Part shown: positions 59,995 to 64,000 of the stretch, in pieces | Numbering within the stretch: position 1 is the first letter of the stretch | How the letters are laid out: the number at the start of each line of letters is the position of its first letter | Assembly: GCA_002104905.1 (NCBI GenBank) | Contig: MCFE01000112.1 | Coordinates: 1 to 64,000 of the forward strand | Length of the DNA stretch: 64,000 nt | Source of the DNA: Basidiobolus meristosporus CBS 931.73 | Lineage: Eukaryota; Fungi; Basidiobolomycota | Reading direction: 5' to 3' | The notes under the pieces: generated by a model | The model's database searches: none | What the model was told of the DNA's origin: nothing | What the model saw: the letters and a program-made list of their open reading frames with translations, nothing else | Translations under genes and position numbers: made by a program

Positions 59995-61523
59995 TCAGCC
60001 AAGGTCTAGCTCCTTATCTGCCAGTCTTTGTAATAAATCCTTGCAATACTCCAGTGCATTTTCTTGAGCACTGTTCTTGGAGAAGTACTGTAACCTCTTG
60101 GTGTGCCTATTGATGTTCCAAAACTTCACTGAAGGCATTGTGATAGTTTTTTGAGCTCTTTACATTTTAGCCTTGTCTGTCAGTGGGATCTCCACACTGT
60201 CAACAATGGAGGCTGCGGAGGCTGTGGATGCTGTGGTAGATAAATTGCCTTTTCCAGCAAACTCATCTACCTTGCTGGAGTGTAGCTCAACTGGCTGTGC
60301 TTCCTACTCTTGTGAAAACAGCTGTTTTCTTGTTGGTAATTCTTCTTAGCTATGATGGGATTCAGTCTGTTCCTGGCTTGCAGCATTAATTGGCAAGAGC
60401 TGCAGTTTTTTTTGCATGCCTCCCTGTCTCAGGCTTGGGTAGACATTTTTCCCTTTCCCTTTTTCTTTATCACTGCCAGGTCTCTCACAGGTACTTTGTC
60501 CGAGTGCTTCTTGTAAAGAACTACGTTTCTCCTGGATAAGTTCTGCTCTGATGCATCTGTTTTGGTCTGCTTGTCCCTTGCTGGCACTCTTCTGGCAACT
60601 TGACGTTTCTATTCAGCTTGTTTTGAGCTCTCAGCTGTAGTTGTGATTGGCTCCTGTAAAAGCGGCTGGTTTTTATCACTGTCAGGTCCTTCACTGCTAC
60701 TTTGACTGGGTGCTTGTTGAGTGGTACTATGCTTTTTCCTTGATAAATGTTGTACTGGTGCATCCATGTCTGCCTGCATGTCCCTAATTAGCACTCTTCC
60801 AGCTGCCTGACATCTCTATGCTGCTTGTCTGGAGCTTTTGGCCTTGCTTGTAACAGGCTCTTGAGGACACCACTGGTTTCTAGCCACGGCACCCTTGTTT
60901 GTCTGCCTCTGATAGTTTCTGCTATTCTTAAGATACTTTCTTAGCATACCAATGCTGGCCCAAAATTCATTTGCCTGTTTCAGTCTAGGATAATGCTCAT
61001 GAAACAAGTCAAGTGCATTCTCCAGGGCCTTGAGTTCCTGATGGTCCCATGGTATACCCACCTTAAGGTGATGGAGTGCTAGACTTCTGATGGCCTCTTG
61101 TATATTAGCCCACTCTTCATTATTGCACTCAACAGCTTCTCAGATCTTCAGTGTCTTTTGATTTTTAGGCTTTGATATAAACACCACATTGTCTCCCTCC
61201 CACACTGTGATAGATTTCTCTATGGGCTTTATCTTTGGGCACTGCTGTTGTGCTTCAACAACTGTATGGTGTTCCACTGCTGTTACATTGGGAAATGGCT
61301 CAATTCTTGGCTGTGATATTGAGCTGCTTGAGTTCCTTCTTTGCAGCAAAGATACTGCTTTCTCTACCTGGGATATTGATTGCGCTACACATATTAGACT
61401 TGTTCCATCGTACTGTGCCAGGGCGCGCAGCGCGATCCGCGGTTGCAAAGAACGATTGGGCGCGATATTATAGCTACCGGAAGGCAGGATTGTTCTTGGA
61501 CAATTTTGCACTATGCGGGACAA
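59995..61523 (-). pseudogene. Decayed long ORF of unknown type, possibly transposon-associated
   Basis: Track ORFs 61140-61523, 60816-61061 and 60609-60794 share one frame and join through single stops; mostly CpG-poor; internal repeat of about 60 aa. Confidence 0.45.
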
Positions 61524-62138
61524 TCTCGCACACTATGGCACAATCTGACACGATGAGGTTGGCGCGGATGATCACGCCAACTTGTAATGCTTGCATCATG
61601 TGCGCAATTGGATACCGCTATAATGGCAGGTAAAATCCGGTATTTGGATATGTTTCTTTAATGTAAATGGAAATAAATGTGTATCACACTATAAACTACA
61701 CTGATACTTACCATTTTGGTTACCCTCACTCCAATTGGACGGTATCTCAGTGGTTAATTGGTCCAAAAGTATCCTGAAGCTGGCAGCCCCCAATTGGCTC
61801 ATTGACTACTGAAAAAGCTACCTGATTCGCCATCAAATATCCCATTTTGCCCATTGAGCAAGTATATCCCTGATCCTAGTGATTGGGCAAGGTGTCATAG
61901 CTAGCACGCAAGCGATTGTGTAGGTGCAAAACAGATCCAATAGCTGCACTGGTATTACAGATGACGTATATATATGCAGGGTGTTTATTTATAGGGGTTC
62001 TGTCTCAAATGTGAGACGACCTTGATATTACTTATATCAAAAATTTGATGATCACTGATTTGTGATGGCTCAATTTGGATCGCATAAAAAAAAGGTTGTC
62101 GGGATCATTACAAATGTGAGCAATTCAAAGCAATCGCA

Positions 62139-63380
62139 TCATCTTCTCCTGGGTTTTTTTCTCACAGGGATTACTACTGAAGCATTTGGTAGTGACTCAC
62201 TTTGCACACCTATACTACTTCCTGGCTGACTATCATCTTGGCTACTTGTGTATTTGTAGTCAGTATTTTGCCTCCTAGTTGATGAGTGCAATGCTGCAGC
62301 TTGGCTGCGCTGAATCGCTCCAACTGAACCAACTGAGCCAACTGAACCGGCCTGTAGTGCCACGCGCTGACGCGTTCTTTTACTTGCCAAGGGCTCTGGT
62401 GGTTGAGTCACTTCATGTTGGTCATCATCAGTCAGTTCACCAGAAGTAACTTGCTGATGGTCAGGCAAAACGGCACGCGCAGGCACGCCTTGAAGCGTTG
62501 AGATGGCCCTTGGCTGAGCTTGATGTGATGCCGCATGTTGACGCGACTCGGTCCGCTCCAATGGACTTGTGTCTAAATGAGCAGTTTGGCGAGCTCTGGT
62601 AGTTTTGCTCTGAAGCGCGCACGTTGACTTGACGCGGGGCGTTCTGGTAAAGGGTGTTGGCGTGGTCTGGACTGACGTGCGCCGGCGCGCTGTGGTTGCA
62701 AGAGATGGTAGGGAATCCAGCAAGGCGTGCTGGCGCAATCTGGACAATGTTGCTTGCGGTCTGTATTCTTCCTCCTGAAGCTCACTATCTGATTCCTCAA
62801 GGTATTCACTTACCCTCTGTCTGATACTTTGGAGCTGTTGCCTGGATGAGTCCTGTGTATATTGCTCTTGGAAGCCACTTAGCTCTACTAATATATCACG
62901 TAGTACATTAGTCATTTGAGGCAAAAACTCATTCAAAATCTCTTTGGTTCCCAAAGTTGAGGCACAAACGGACGCGTCCGGCCCGTACTGTGCAAATTGC
63001 GCGCAAAATTGTTCCCGCGTGGCTTCCTCGTCAAATCCCCTCACTCTCAGCTCATTCTTGATTTCAATACTTGTCTTGTTATATATCTTTTTACATACAT
63101 TGGCTGGCATCTTGATGTAGAACTCATGCCACAGCTTTCTACTCAAATTCTTCCATCTTTGTCGACTCTCTGAGGTATCTAGTTTTGCTAGATTAATCAG
63201 TAGTGCCCAAATATCTGTATGAAGGCTCATCATAGACACTTGGGCCATACTAAAATCATTTGGCAAGAACTCGAACGGATCCAACATCAACTTTTCCGGT
63301 CCGGACCACGCTTGTGAGCTGGGGGATGGGTTTTGTCTGGGTTGTACTAAAGATGAGTTGAGGCTTGGTATGGGGACCAT
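62139..63380 (-). CDS. Hypothetical 413-aa protein with a SAP-like motif, disordered C-terminus and basic NLS-like end
   Basis: Long ORF from ATG in CpG-normal DNA; NKTSIEIKNELRVRGFDEEATREQF resembles SAP; ends RKKPRR. Confidence 0.7.
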   Translation of the reverse strand: MVPIPSLNSSLVQPRQNPSPSSQAWSGPEKLMLDPFEFLPNDFSMAQVSMMSLHTDIWALLINLAKLDTSESRQRWKNLSRKLWHEFYIKMPANVCKKIYNKTSIEIKNELRVRGFDEEATREQFCAQFAQYGPDASVCASTLGTKEILNEFLPQMTNVLRDILVELSGFQEQYTQDSSRQQLQSIRQRVSEYLEESDSELQEEEYRPQATLSRLRQHALLDSLPSLATTARRRTSVQTTPTPFTRTPRVKSTCALQSKTTRARQTAHLDTSPLERTESRQHAASHQAQPRAISTLQGVPARAVLPDHQQVTSGELTDDDQHEVTQPPEPLASKRTRQRVALQAGSVGSVGSVGAIQRSQAAALHSSTRRQNTDYKYTSSQDDSQPGSSIGVQSESLPNASVVIPVRKKPRRR

Positions 63381-63739
63381 AGCAACGGATTTGGATACTT
63401 ATACAGCAGTATATTGGCATCAACCTGGTCTTATATGAAATATATATGAAAACTAAAGTGATTGTTGAATTTTCCATATATTATGCATGATGCATCTTGG
63501 ATTGCGTTGACACGGATCAGATCACATCAATCGCAGATTTCCTATTTGATTATAGACCTATGATTAAAGCATCAATAAAAGTACCAAGGCATTGTTTGCG
63601 GATGATTTTTGCAACATAATGATGGGATACATGGCAATTGATGGAGATTTAACCATAATGTGTTAAAAATCAGATAAATAACGCAGATTGCGCCAAATCA
63701 ATTCAAACCGCCACCATATGATCATCCATCAATTTTAAT

Positions 63740-64000
63740 ATGACTTACTCATCTGAATGGTCTTTTCTCATCAATCCTATCACTACCACTGGATTTCCTT
63801 TTGACACACTGGAGGAGATCTATTCCAAGTACTGTGGACCATCAACCCCAATCTACTCAAGGAGATCCCTTGTTAAGCTTCTCTGCTATTACAAGAACTA
63901 TTGCCCTACAAGGTTTCATCCCACCATCCATGGCAACAAAAGTCCTAGAAGCTTTCATTTCCAGCTGACAGCAATGGAGAACCACCTTGCAGAGGGTATG
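63740..64000 (+). CDS. ORF running off the window (87 codons, CpG-free), possibly the N-terminus of a transposase
   Basis: MTYSSEWSFLINPITTTGFPFDTLEEIYSKYCG...LVKLLCYYKNY... with no stop before the window end. Confidence 0.3.
   Translation, partial: MTYSSEWSFLINPITTTGFPFDTLEEIYSKYCGPSTPIYSRRSLVKLLCYYKNYCPTRFHPTIHGNKSPRSFHFQLTAMENHLAEGM

Noticed and set aside
62139-64000. 413-aa gene plus the divergent end ORF as a two-gene PIF/Harbinger element
   Set aside because: One is CpG-rich and the other CpG-free, no TIR is visible, and the transposase call is weak.

Overview
Eukaryotic genomic DNA: short 50-62 nt GT-AG introns, AATAAA signals, and a tRNA without encoded CCA. An early-diverging fungus is my inference; the taxon cannot be fixed from sequence. 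(1) Positions 0.2-37.4 kb hold a large cluster of intronless small secreted-protein genes from three uncharacterised families (A, B, C). The core (about 10.1-33.4 kb) is a tandem array of a three-gene cassette [<-B | C-> A->] with 5 intact A, 5 intact B and 4 intact C genes plus many remnants. Outlying paralogs, a tRNA-Leu(CAG) and strongly CpG-depleted TE-like blocks flank it. (2) Positions 38.4-52.3 kb hold two copies of a module made of a 7-exon NEK/NIMA-like kinase and a convergent unknown gene. A decayed LINE and several broken copies of a fourth, Gly/Tyr/Cys/Trp-rich secreted family (D) lie between and after them. (3) Positions 52.9-59.2 kb hold a Ty1/copia solo LTR and a near-full-length inactive copia element. 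Its integrase is interrupted by a solo LTR of its own family, and each insertion has a 5-bp TSD. (4) The end of the window holds a decayed long ORF, a 413-aa gene with a SAP-like motif, and an ORF that runs off the window. All counts and alignments were made by eye.
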